Shown here piece by piece: positions 11,634 to 24,621 of a stretch of DNA of 49,978 nucleotides. Source of the stretch: Octopus bimaculoides. Its lineage: Eukaryota. The first letter of the stretch is position 1; each line of letters starts with the position of its first letter. The DNA lies in contig NC_068986.1 in NCBI RefSeq assembly GCF_001194135.2, forward strand, positions 73,406,279-73,456,256. The letters are read 5' to 3'. The notes beneath the pieces are model-generated. The model was not told the DNA's origin. It saw only the letters and a list, made by a program, of their open reading frames with translations, and searched no databases. The translations under genes were made by a program, and so were the position numbers.

Positions 11634-12939
11634 GCCTTCCTTTCTGTGATGGCATAGATCAGACAGTTTTACAAATGTTCCATAATTTTTATTCAGTAGT
11701 GTAATTATATAAATTAAAATATTAATTAAAGTTAACTTCAACTCTTTATCCAGTATAAAACTGGTTTAAATGGTTTGAAATTCCACCAATAAATGTTCTT
11801 ATTAACCATTCTAACGTATCAAATTTGATCAATCAAAGATAACAGAGCTATCTAGTAACAAACCACTATTTATTTCATCAATGTCAAATTAAATTAATTG
11901 GTACATTTCAAATTTAAGACAATTTAATGTCATGTCACATTAGATCCAAGTCCAATTTGTTTGATTTAGAATTAAAACATCAACTAGTTTTCTTCTTTTC
12001 TTGTAAATATAATGATTGCTGTTCTTAGTGTTCCATAGAATTGTTTGGAATTGACAAATATTAAATGAGAAAACAGAAAAGAAATGTAAAGAAACAAAAA
12101 TGTAAAACATTTTACTACAGATTTTTTTTAGTGTTTTGCACAGTGTTTTTCATGTTTAAAAAACAAACTCACAAATTGTGTTGTATTATATGAATATATT
12201 ACTGTTTACTGCATGCAACTTCAGGCTTACAAGAATCAGTTAATTTTTATTGTTTTATTGAACAAAACACACCCTGGATTACTGCAGCAGGGTATGAGGA
12301 ATTTATGATGAGGGCAGAGAATGAAAACTCTTGTAATTGCAATGAGAAGTGGAAAAATAAAAAAATAGAATAAAAAGATAGATAAAAACAGAAACAAATT
12401 GCGCTAGAATCCATAGAAATCTATATTAAGAATTTCAGATTCTGATTAGTTGATATTATAAAAAGACTCAGAAAAACTGCCTGGCTTCATTTTTAGATTC
12501 TTGTTGGTTTTCCACAGTTGTTACAACTGATGTAATTCTCAGTAGTTTAATACTTTAGATACACAGCTATTCACTTATCTAATCATTGCCAATGAATGCT
12601 GGTTTATTATTTTTTTTTCTTTTCTTTTCATTTAATATTTGTTTTTGTTTTTTTTTTCTCCTGACCAACCACAATCAATTTAAGGATATATGGATTGTCT
12701 GCATTGCCTTGGAGATGTTGGTATATCAGAAGCTATTGCTGTAATTAGTATTTTTCAGTAGAAACTAAAACCATACATCCACTACTGACATGTTCTGCTG
12801 CAGCATACCACTTCATAATATGTTGCAACAGGACTCCTGTATCCTATAGACCCAAAACTGGACAGAACATTACATCATCGTTTGTAACACTGTGGATAAT
12901 TATTCCATTGCTTGCTACATCATACCAGCCAGCCCACTG

Positions 12940-13380
12940 CTTGCTATGTCATGCTATAACAAGCCACTCCACTTCTTGTTATGTTACACTGTGACTAGCT
13001 ATTACACTGCTTGCTATATTACGCTAAAGCAAGCCACCTACTCCTTGCTATGTTACGCTGTGACTAGCTACCTCACTCCTTGGTGTGTCACTCTTGACAA
13101 ACCATTATACTTCTTGCTATGTCATACTGTGATATGCTGCCTCACTACTTTGTATGTCACACTATAGCAAGTTGCCCTGCTACTCACTTTGTCACACTAA
13201 TGCAAGCCATTCCACTGTCACACTGAAAAACCACCCTACTCTTTGCCCAGTCACACTGATAAACTACCCAACTCTTTGCTGTGTCACAATCTGGTAAGCC
13301 ACCCTTCTACTTTCTGTGTCACAATGACAAGTCACTCTGCTTGTTACTAAGTCATACTGTTACACTGTAACAAGCCACCA
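12940..13380. repeat. Degenerate ~33-35-bp minisatellite
   Basis: Recurring tgtcacactgtgacaagccacc.tact.cttgcta-like units. Confidence 0.65.
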
Positions 13381-14552
13381 TACTATACTATGTCTTACAG
13401 TAACAAAACCATCCCACTACTATCTCATATTACAGATAGCAATCCACTCCATTCCTTAACTACACAGCTATGTCTGAGTCTATTAAATGTGACTTCGTTA
13501 AGCAACAAGTCTAAAGTTATAAATTTTCTATTTGCACAATTTTATCTCACTGTATTACATAACATTGCTTGAATCAATGCTAGAACCTCTATGCTATTGC
13601 TTGACATGCTCTAACTAACAACCAATACTCCCTTAAAATATACCCTATTCAAAAATGCAAGACTTATCGATTGATGTGGTCTTAGATTAATAGTCTTGTC
13701 TGGAATATCTTCGTTGGTTCATGCAGTACTAAACAACAATATAACATAGAATGAAGTACACAAATGTTTTATTTATAAACAAACATTGCTTTCTTATGAA
13801 CTGTGAACTTCTTTAAATCAATCTTCAAATTGTAATATTCAGCAAACATAGTTTTGCTACATACACAACATAACTATATTTGGACCATCAAACACACTGT
13901 ATATCTATATATTTATTAGTGACAAAAGTAGTATTAATATTCAGATGTAATATTTATCCCCACTTAAACATGAATGTTCTGTGAGAACAAACTATACTGT
14001 GGTAGATATCAAGAGAGAAACTCTCATATTGGCTTTTGGTGCAGAATGTATTTGCTCTATCTATATTTTTGCTCTGGTGTCATTTTAGCATGTAGTCCAC
14101 CTGGCCATTTACACTTTAGCATGCAGTCTCACACTAATCCTAGCCCTTAACTCTTATCCGAATCCAGAACAGCATAGACTACAGATACTGCAGTAGACTG
14201 CATGCTAAAGTAGCATCTTTTTCTATACATAATTATATACTTGTACCACTATACACCAGGCTTGTATATATATTTGTACCACTGTACATACCATTTAGCT
14301 ATATATTTGTACTGCTATAGACACAACATGACTTTATTTTTGTGCTTCAAGCATCTAATATGAATATATATATATATGTATGTATATATATATATATATA
14401 TATATACATATATATATACATGTGTATATGTATATATGTATACATATATAATGATAAATCACATACCCGTATGTTTGTGTATACTTGTATCTCAATATAT
14501 CCCACATGACTCTCTTTCTCTCTGTCTCTTTGTCTCTCTCCACACACACACA

Positions 14553-14707
14553 CATATGATAGGCTTCTTTCAGTTCCTGTCTACCAAATCCACTCACAAG
14601 GCTTTGGTTGGCCTGAGGCTATAGTAGAAGACACTCGTCCAAGGTGGTACGTGGTGGGACTGAACCTGGAACCATACGGTTGGGAAGCAAGCTTCTTGCC
14701 ACACAGC

Positions 14708-14709
<2 letters not shown>
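14553..14709 (-). mobile_element. SINE family A, 5' half
   Basis: ggcttctttcagtt..ctaccaaatccactcacaaggctttgg..gtgggactgaacc..aagcaagcttcttgccacacagcc. Confidence 0.85.
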
Positions 14710-14762
<53 letters not shown>

Positions 14763-15508
14763 TGTACCATAAACTCCACATGGCTACATTTGTACACAAG
14801 CCAACAAGGGTCTCCCTGTCCATTCACACCTTAATTTTGTTTTTTCTTTGCCCTGTGGAGTGATATACAATCAATAGTCAAAGCAAATTGACCCAGACCT
14901 ATCGATGTGCAATGAGACAGTCATATCCATTTATGTTGATGCGTACCTAATGATGGGTCAAAGCTCATGTATTCCATAGTTAAAAGTGCTTTGATGTTGA
15001 AGGCCATCAGTTTGAACCATTATTGTGATTTCAGACATTTGAATCAATTAAGTGCTCTTTCTATGAACCAAAACATTTTACTTGTTTTAAGTATTTAATG
15101 ATATTAAACATTTCTCTGATTTCACATTGACTTATTAGTATGAGTATGAATGAGGTCTTGTGTTCAATCTCATTGTAAGATATGTTGGACAAATATGTTT
15201 TATCATAGTCGGATATTGATCCCAGCATTGCGAGTGAAACTGTACAAAACTGACAATAATGTTGAGTCAAAAATTCTAAACTATAGTCTTGTCATGTCTA
15301 CAGTGGATGTGGGTTTGAGTTTTACAAGCAGTCTTCAACTTTTTCAATCCCAAAAGGTTTTTCAACCCAATATTTATGTGCTACTAGGTCATTGTCCATT
15401 ATTATGCTGCTAGTAAAATATTTGTTAATCACGCATGTACCTTCATAAATTTTTCAAAGTGAAAGTCATTTTTTTAAAAGTCGGTGTTGCATTGTCTATA
15501 TGTTGAAA

Positions 15509-15560
<52 letters not shown>

Positions 15561-17758
15561 GACTATATGCATTATATATATTCATAGTCTCTTTTTGAGG
15601 TCTGTGTTACATTGTGTTGACAGAATTGCACTTAAAATTCTGGTGTTTTTAATCAAGACTTGGTAGTTACTAAGGTGACAACACCACCTATTTATCTGTC
15701 TTTTACACACACACACACACACACACACATACATACACACACACACATACATACACACACACACTGTACTTCTCTCTCAACAATAACTTTTCCTCCTCAT
15801 CTTCTTCCCTCTCTCTGCACAGATGTTATGGACAGACAGATGCAGATCAGCTTCTGTTTTATGATATAAGATTATTTATAGCTTTCTGTGTGTATCAAGA
15901 TCCACTGTTGCAAAAACAGAATTATTTCATATTCTCTTGAATGTTTATAAAATTCTTATGATATCAATTACTACTAATTATTTCATTGTTGTTGTATGTC
16001 ATTAATGGGACCTTTGACCTCAAAATGTTAATTTATTAAACAACTTCATCATCTTTAAAGTAAATTGATCGCAATCAGTCTTCATGAGGAGTATTCCAGT
16101 TGTTTGATCAACTGAATTATATTGACATGTAGTGTAAGTGGCTGAGTATTCCACAATCACATGTATCTTAATGTATTTATCAGGCATAGTCAGCATGACA
16201 TAGAGTGTCTTATAAGGTTGGCTCTTTGAATTACACATACAGTATAGTGTATCTGTTGAGCCTGTGCAGTTTCTGACTGCTCATTTTCAATCACCTCACC
16301 TGGCCAATTCAAGGCTATTCAAAAAAAGGACATTCAAAAATACTGAGGAGTGGAATTGAACCTAGGATTTCATGAATGCAACGCAAACTTTTTAACCACT
16401 CACATAGGCCAATCATATACGCTAAATCACTTACTGAGCCAATGTAAGGCTAACATTTTCTAACTTGTGGCCCTTGTATTTGGAAGTTTCAGATTTGGAT
16501 GCATTTTTAGTTAGTTGATCAATGTTTATAGAAGATGCCTTATTGGTTCCTGAACAGGATATGTGAACAGGATGTATCTACTCTGTGATGTTAGTACTAC
16601 ATGTTATTGTTGAATTGATGTTAAATGTAGCTAAGCGGACTTGGCCAAGCCATAGGGAAATGAATGTAAAATCAATCAGGAGGATGATTAAGAAATTGTA
16701 TACAGTTAAGAGCAGCACATTACTATTTTTTATCTCTAATTTCTTTTAGAGTGATTTGTTTTTATAAACAGAATAGTTATTGAGGCTCTTATACATACAT
16801 ACATACATACATATGTATACACACACACATATTTCAGCTAGCTAGCTAGATATGTGTATATGTATGTCCGTATGTATAAATTATCAATGAGCGGTAGAAA
16901 AATACAACTTTATTTATATGCTTTCTATACACAAGAGAACAGAGGCATGTCAGTTTATTCCCTGCTGTTTATATTTGTAAGGCAACAAAATAATCACTGT
17001 TTTGTTTCCCTTTTTTTTTTGTTTTGTTTCAAAAGAATAGCAATGCCTCTTGGCTTTTAGAGTTTTCTTATACAAAGATGTTCTGTTGTTGAATATCAGA
17101 ACTATATGCCTGCAACAGAATATAATTCCATTGGAGAGTATAAAGATCTTTTGATTGGTTTTCATTGGCAAGTATTATATATTTACCATTGCAGTTTGTG
17201 AAATCAATATATTAGTGCCAAACCACCCATGGCCACTGCTAATATTACATTGCATCATTAGGCAGAGTATTTTTACTATGTTTGAACTACTTGCAAAATC
17301 AGTCTCACTTGTATATCTTAGTGGAGTGATCATCTCAGATTGGACAGACACTCAAGGTTATTAGTGTTGGCAGAATACCTCTACATAATCCTTTCTACTA
17401 TAGGTACAAGGCCTGAAATTTTGCAGGAGAGGGGTAGTCAATTACATTGTCCCCAGTGCCAAACTGGTACTTATCTTATTGACCCTGAAAGAATGAAAGG
17501 CAAAGTTGACTCACACAGTGTTTGAACTCAGAATGTAAAAGCAGAGGAAATACTGTGATCTTTCCTTTCAGGTGATTCACTAATAGAAAGGGACCATATT
17601 TTGACAACATCGACAGGATAGATATGTGTGTGTGTGTGTGTGAGTGCACATGCGCACATGTATGTGTGTATACATGCATGAATATATATGTACCTGTTTA
17701 CATATAAGTGTGTACAGGCAAGGATGTCATTACATGTGTGGATCTGTATGCTTTGACT

Positions 17759-17822
<64 letters not shown>

Positions 17823-18285
17823 AAGGGGTTGTATGATTGTGTATAGAGGAATATATTATTCAAAGGAATTCCAACTCTGTCTGTTTTTTATGTTTTATTC
17901 ATATTCTTATAATATTAATGTAGGATATAGAATATATAGTATATATAGCAGGTATAGTAAAATGAAATGAAGTATTGATTGTCCTACATATGTATATATG
18001 TAGTTATTACATACTCAACTTCTGAAATGTTTTACAAATTGCACAGGCTTCCCTCTATCCTGGATTGTTATGTCTCATATATATGAAATATATTCCATCC
18101 TTTCTTGTAATCTGGTAAACATGAATAAGTGGTGGGGGCTGAGGACTGAATCTTGATGGGTTCCTCTGTCTTGATGACTGTTACTTTACTGACTGCGTTG
18201 TTGTCTATAGCTTGTGAAGCCTTCACAAGCCATTCACAAGCCATTCACCTGTATCTACCTTCCCTAGTAACTATCAATTCACAGT

Positions 18286-18679
18286 GGAGGTGCAATGGCC
18301 CAGTAGTTAGGACAGCGGACTCGCAGTCATAGGATCGCCGTTTTGATTCCCAGACCGGGCGTTGTGAGTGTTTATTGAGTGAAAACACCTAAAAAGCTCC
18401 ACGAGGCTCCGGCAGGGGACGGTGACGAACCCTGCTGTACTCTTCCACCACAACTTTCTCTCACTCTTACTTCCTGTTTCTGTTGTACCTGTAATTCAAA
18501 GGGTCAGCCTTGTCACACTGTGTCACGCTGAATATCCCCGAGAACTACGTTAAGGGTACACGTGTCTGTGGTGTGCTCAGCCACTTGCACGTTAATTTCA
18601 CGAGCAGGCTGTTCAGTTGATCGGATCAATTGGAACCCTCGACGTCGTAAGCGATGGAGTGCCAACAACAACAACACCG
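18286..18679 (+). mobile_element. Full-length SINE family C with 8-bp TSD
   Basis: Head GGAGGTGCAATGGCCCAG, (CAA)n tail; ATTCACAG at 18277-84 and 18680-87. Confidence 0.9.
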
Positions 18680-18699
18680 ATTCACAGAGCATGATGGAA

Positions 18700-18960
18700 C
18701 CTATCTTTCTCTCTCTCTTTTCCCTCTCTCTCTTCCCTCTCTCTCTCTTTTCTCTCCCTCTCTCTCTCTTTTCTCTCCCTCTCTCTCTCTTTTCTCTCCC
18801 TCTCTCTCTCTTTTCCCTCTCTCTCTCTCTTTCCCCTCTCTCTCTCTTTTCCCCCTCTCTCTCTCTTCTCTCTCTCTTTCTCTCTCTTTTCCCTCTCTCT
18901 CTCTTTTCTCTTCTATGTCTCTCTCTCTCTCTCTATCCATCCATCCATCCACCTACCCAC
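18700..18960. repeat. CT-rich compound microsatellite grading into (CCAT)n
   Basis: Direct inspection; it produces the spurious LSLF and ERER ORFs. Confidence 0.9.
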
Positions 18961-19313
18961 CTGTATCTATTTCCTTAGTGACTATCAATTCACAGAGCAT
19001 GATGGACCCTATCTGTCTGTTTGTCTGTCTGTCCATCTCTCCATGCATCCATGCATCCATCCATCAATTCATCCATTCATTGACACACATATACATTTGC
19101 AATGTATCCAAGCGATTAAGAAGTTTCCTCCATAACCATAATGTCCCATGGCAAGGCATCTTGAGCAAATTTCTATAGCTTTTGATCGTGCTATATTTTG
19201 TGTGTGAAATTGGGTTGACAGAAACTGTAAGGAGCTCATCAAATGGATTGTACTAAAGTACTTTCTTATCACACACTCTAAATCATGATAATTCTACCTG
19301 AGAATTATGTTGT

Positions 19314-19535
19314 CTTTTTAGCATTTAAACCAGCCATATCCAGCCCAAAATATTCTAATTGTTTTATGTTCATACTGGCCAACTCCAGCCTCTCACATCT
19401 ACCCTTACAATGTTATTCTAAAAATAAACAACCACATTTTCAAAATCTTGAACATTCAAGATAATGCATGATTAATTCAAAACTATATTAATAAATAAGC
19501 ATTACATTCGACAAAGTAATTTGAATGCTAAAGGG
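19314..19535 (-). mobile_element. piggyBac-like TTAA element, reverse orientation
   Basis: Ends GAATGCTAAAGGG-TTAA (19536-39); body is the reverse complement of the 26319 copy. Confidence 0.8.
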
Positions 19536-19647
19536 TTAAGAGCACAAGTGTCTGTAAACTGCTCAGCCACTTATTTGCTAATCTAAGGAGCAGGCAATTT
19601 AGTAGATCAAACTATTGAATTCTCATTGGTTGAAACTGGGGAACCAT

Positions 19648-19725
<78 letters not shown>

Positions 19726-21106
19726 TGTGTGTGTGTGTATAGTAAATATGAATGCAGTTTTAGTGATTTTGGTAATTTTCTTAGAATTAAACAACCTTGC
19801 AGTAAATTCCAGAGGAAATATCATTTCCATGAATCAAATTTAAAGTTAAATAAACAGGAAATTATATATGAAGGAGTGGTGTTGGTGATAGTGGTGGTGG
19901 TGTGGGGACAATAGTTCAGGTGGTGGTGGTAATGTAGTAATAGTAGTAGAAATGGAGGTTGTGATAGTAACAGTAGAAATATTAGTAGTTGTGGTGGTGG
20001 TGGTGGTAGCAGTTATAGTTGTAGTGATGGTAATGTAGTTGTAGTAATAGCAGAAGAAAACTTAAAACCCCACGAAACCCCATAATTTACTAGAAGTGAA
20101 AAATGTAACATGAGAAGATGTGTGGAAATTTTATTAAAGGATTTGACAGGAAAATGTGGTACAGTGCCAAATGGGTTCATGCGGTTGTTTAACCTCAAGG
20201 TAACATTAACTGAGCTAGCTGACCTATGATCAGAGGTAATCTAGCCATGACATTCCAGTCATTTTCCAGTGTGTTTGCCATGACAAAATATTTGGTTGGC
20301 TGACAGAAGAACAAGAATATATGTAATGTCCAGATACAAAAATATTTACCTATCATTAACAGAAAAATGCTGTTGTTACAACAATGACAGACAGGAGATA
20401 TTTACACCTAGTGAATCAATTCTTGTGTGTCCATGCCAGATGTGTGTGTGTGTGAGCACTGGATAGTGTATTGTTGAGGTCATTGAATTTTATAGCTGAG
20501 TGAGCAGTTCCTGCAGCAAGTTGACTTTAGCTGTGTTACAATCACTGGTCAGTTAATGGACAAACAATGGGCTATCAGAGGATGCTAAATACAAAGTTAT
20601 TAATGACATATCAATACCTTGATTACAGCAACTGGAATTCTAATGAGTTCAGCATTTGCTGAGTCTATTGTGCTTTTGATGGTCATCCCTGCTACTGATA
20701 AAAAGAAGTCCTAATGTGTCCATCAAGGATTTGAATGGCTAGCCACTTGCTGATGTCATCAATCCCTGACAAATTCCTGTTTGGGTGTTTATACTTGCAT
20801 TCAGTCAGAACACAGTGATTTAGATTCAATTCTTAGGCATTTGAATGATTGAATTTAGATTCAATTCTTAGGCATTGGTGTTTGAATGTCTGCCAATATT
20901 TCTGCCTTTTCCTAAGACAGTAGGGGGTGGTGATACTAGTGGTAGTGATTTAAAGGAAGTTTGATGGCTATTTCTAGTTGGTCAAAGGACCACATACAGA
21001 CTACTTTGTTGGCTGTCTTGTATTTTTTGTGTGCTGAACTGACAGCCCTGAATATAAATCCTGTTGTAAACAAAATTTGGAGTTAATAGTAAAATAAAAT
21101 TAGTTG

Positions 21107-21363
21107 ATTCTGTTGTGTCTGGGGTGAGTCATTTTCTTATTGTGCCTTGAAATTTAACACACTCACCGTTAAAATTTCCACTTATTTCTTATTTTTATTT
21201 TCCTAAAATTTTCGTTGCGTCTTGCAACCTTATCAATAGTCTTGACTATTGATAAAGAAAAAAAAAAGAAAAGAAAAATAAGAAATAAGTGGAAATGTTA
21301 ACGGTGAGTGTGTTAAATTTCAAGGCACAATAAGAAAATGACTCTCCCCAGACACAACAGAAT
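21107..21363. repeat. Foldback element with ~90-bp inverted arms and a central palindrome
   Basis: TTCTGTTGTGTCTGGGG...TTATTTTT (from 21108) vs its reverse complement ending 21362, with 2 mismatches; TTATCAATAGTC-TT-GACTATTGATAA at 21230-55. Confidence 0.9.
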
Positions 21364-21464
21364 ATTCTTCAACACATGAAATCACAAAAAAAATCTTGCA
21401 AACCAAATCCAAAAATAAAATTAGTTGATTTAATAAGTTATTGAAATGTAACCTTTATCTTTAA

Positions 21465-21835
21465 TCTTTTACTTGTTTCAGTCACTAGACTATGGCCATG
21501 CTGGGACACCACCTTGAAGAATATTTCAGTTGAACAAATTGACCCCAGTACTTATTTTTTAAAACCTGGTACTTATTCTATAGGCCTCTTTTGTAAAACT
21601 ACTAAGTTATGGGGACGTAAACACAATAACACCGGTTGACAAGCGGTGGTGAGGAACAAACATTGACACACACATGACAGACTTCTTTCAGTTCCTGTCT
21701 ATTAAATACACTCAGTGCTTTGAGCGGACTGAGACTATAGTAGAAGACCCTTTCCCAATGTGCCACACAGTGGGACTGAACCTGGAACCATTGTGGTTGG
21801 GAAGCAAGCTTCTTACTACACAACCATGTCTGTGC
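21465..21835 (-). mobile_element. SINE family A, near full-length, diverged
   Basis: Reverse complement of the 8072-8444 modules in order. Confidence 0.8.
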
Positions 21836-21874
21836 ATTTTTTAATTTAATTTTAATAAATATATTTCACTAACA

Positions 21875-22235
21875 TTCCATCCATCTGTCTTATTTGTCCA
21901 CTGTCCTTGGGATGGTCATGAGAGTAGAGCCCTTAGGCACTTCCTCCATAGGGCCTTATCGGAGACAACCACCATTAGACTATCCAGTTGGATTCCCAAA
22001 CTTGTCCAACTGTGACTATGGCTGTTACTCAACAGTTTGATTCTCAGTCTCCTCTAAGGTCTTCTATCAGTTGATTCAACTTGAAGAATGTATCTTGTGG
22101 CTCTTTCCTGTGACATTCTAATCATAGTTTTGTAGTACTGGAGCTATGACCTCAATGCAGAGAAATAGTGGCTTGCCCACCAAGTAACATTCCTCCAGAG
22201 ACTCTTCAGGAGAACTTCATTTTAGCTACTTGTAT
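21875..22235 (-). pseudogene. Fossil 3' end of a Rex3/Expander-like RTE LINE
   Basis: Minus-strand reads KMKFS*RVSG..KPLFLCIE..IRMSQERATRYIL..WTSLGIP..DKALWRKCLRALL, plus a GATGGATGG tail; family pattern EMRFLRRVAG..EPLLLRIERSQLRW..RM..W.RLGIP..VW..LL. Confidence 0.7.
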
Positions 22236-22804
22236 ACAATAACATTTGCTGGTAATATTTAACATTAACAAAATTGTTAAATGAAGGAAAGAGACAAAAT
22301 TTGTTGGTAACAGAAATAAAAGAAAGTTTCAGGTTTTGTAATCACTAAGACACAAGTGAAAACTGTGTTTGTATATTAATGTAAGGAATAATGTATTTCA
22401 GTTGCTTATTGATGCATTTTCCCACAGCAGTGGAATGATTTAAGTTTATAATTGTTGCAGTCTAATGAAGCATTTCTTGAAATAATGAGGTGAGCATTGG
22501 GCATCTCTATTGTGGCACAACTTGCTAGAAATAGCAGACAAATATCATTCCTGTCACATCTTACTGTCATAATAAAAAGAGAAAAACTCACTGGATAATG
22601 TAGTTTTAGATATACAGTCCGCAAAAGATGGGATGTAGTTGTCTTGGAGTTGATCATTGATTTGCATGATCAGAGGTAAACTGGGACTAAACAACAAAAA
22701 ATGAAACTTTTGTCATTATCTACAGCGTCCCATTGTACTTACTTAGAATATCCCACTGTTCTGCACTGTACCTGTAATGACGTGTACTCTTATGTAGTTT
22801 CCCC

Positions 22805-23005
22805 CAAAACTGTACCTTTCTATGGTATTTATATTCGATATCTCATAAAGCATATCTTGCCATGGTACCTGTATATAGTGTTCTGTAAACTGTAGCCTCT
22901 CATGGTACCTATTATTTATTATTCTGCTAATTATAGCTCTCCATGGTATCTAGCATACAGTGTTTCATAAAACTATACCGCCTCAATGTCCTATATACAG
23001 TAAGG
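22805..23005. repeat. Degenerate ~40-bp tandem repeat (about 5 units)
   Basis: aaactgtacctctccatggtacctatatacagtgttct-like units. Confidence 0.6.
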
Positions 23006-23377
23006 AAGACTGGAGACTTTGAGAATTGACTCATTAAAGACACAATGCATTGTCAAGATTGTTGCTTCTTCTCAGTTGCAACCAGCTTTGTAGACTTTTT
23101 AAATTCAAATTTATTTAGTTAAAATATCATATTGGGTTCTAAAAGTTAGTATCTTAGGGAAATGGTGTTTCTAGAATGGAATAGATATGAAATTTTCATA
23201 TTTAAAAACTCTGTTACCTTAACGATATCTGTCATCCAGGATGAAATACTTTTCAAAGAACAGACCTAGGTTGAAATTCATCTAATGAAAATAAATTGAC
23301 CGTGGAGATGTGGATTGTATAAATCATAGAGAAGATAGTCAGTCTGACAGAGCTGTAACTCTGGATAAAATCTGAGA

Positions 23378-23672
23378 GCGGATTTGGTAGATGGAAACGG
23401 AAAAATACCTGTTGTATATATATATATATTTATGTATGTGCGTGTGTGTTTGTGTCAGTGTTTGTCCCCCACCACTGCTTGACAACTGTTGTGGGTGTGC
23501 TGATATCCCTGTAACTTAGCAGTTTGGTAAAAGAGATCAATGGAATAAGTACAAGGCTTAAACAAATAAAAAGAATTAGCACTCGGGTCAATTTCAATTT
23601 ATTCAACTAAAAATTCTTCAAGGTGGTGCTCCAGCATGGCCACAGTCTAATTACTAAAACAAATAAGATAAA
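23378..23672 (+). mobile_element. SINE family A, 5'-truncated
   Basis: ggatttggtagatggaaac..microsatellite..gtttgtcccc..ggtggtgctccagcatggccacagtc. Confidence 0.8.
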
Positions 23673-24174
23673 AGATTGGTTGGAGGAGACGTTTTGACTG
23701 TGTTGTGGATGACAACTTTAGTACTGGTAATGTAATAAAATACACTCAGTCCATGACATGAAGTGTTGTTAAAATGTAAAAACTTGATACCAATGATATT
23801 AGGTTGTAAAAAAAAAAAACCTTGCCTTTCCTGCCTCAAATGACAAACACCAATCAGGAACAGTAGATTTCTCTGTTACTAGATTTTTTACATGCCAAAG
23901 GATTATAACAAATGCTACGATACTGTGAGATGTGTCCAGCCTAAATGACAGTGTGGAAAATGGACTAAGAATTATGAATGATAGGCTTTAAAAAGAAACC
24001 TTGCCCCTCCTACCTCAAATGTCATGACTCAACAATGATTAGTAGATTTCTTCTTTGTTATAAAGGATTGTAATAAATGCTGAAATACTGTGAAATGTGT
24101 CCAACTTATATGACAGTGGGAAAACCAAACTTAAAACCATGAAGCTGCCTAACCACTTAGTTATTGCAAATGTT

Positions 24175-24610
24175 AAGGTGGTGAGCTGGCAGAAACGTTA
24201 GCATGCTCGGTGAAATGCTTAGCAGTATTTCGTCTGTATTTATGTTCTGAGTTCAAATTCTGCCAAGGTTGACTTTGCCTTTCATCCTTTCAGGGTCGAT
24301 AAGTTAAGTACCAGCTGCGTACTGGGGTCGATCTAATCAACTGGCCCCCACCTCCCCCAAAATGTCGGGCCTTGTGCCTAGAGTAGAAAAGAATTACAGC
24401 AAATGTTGATTTCAAATTTTGGCACAAGGCCAGCAATTTCAGTAGGGGAAGTAAGTCGATTACATCGACCCCACTGTTCAACTGGTACTTGTTTTATTGA
24501 TCTTGAAAGAATGAAAGGCAAAGTTGACTTCAATGGAATTTGAATGTGCAGACAGATGAAATGCTGCTAACATTTTGCCTGACTTGTTAATGATTTTACC
24601 AGCTTGCTAC
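24175..24610. mobile_element. Tail-to-tail inverted pair of SINE B copies
   Basis: Plus copy ~24175-24392, minus copy ~24405-24610. Confidence 0.85.
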
Positions 24611-24621
24611 CTTTAATTCCT

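Noticed and set aside
17060-17200. Possible AG-bounded open stretches as host exons (also ~9080 and ~12760)
   Set aside because: No recognisable protein similarity and no convincing donor sites
18286-18360. tRNA-like sequences
   Set aside because: They are SINE heads with A/B boxes followed by SINE bodies, not tRNA genes
20480-20810. Possible RT fragment on the minus strand (TGICQG..., LLQELL)
   Set aside because: Spacing is off and no YADD/FADD motif is present; too weak to call
20818-20876. 24-bp direct duplication ATTTAGATTCAATTCTTAGGCATT
   Set aside because: Simple local slippage duplication, not a CRISPR-like array (only two copies)
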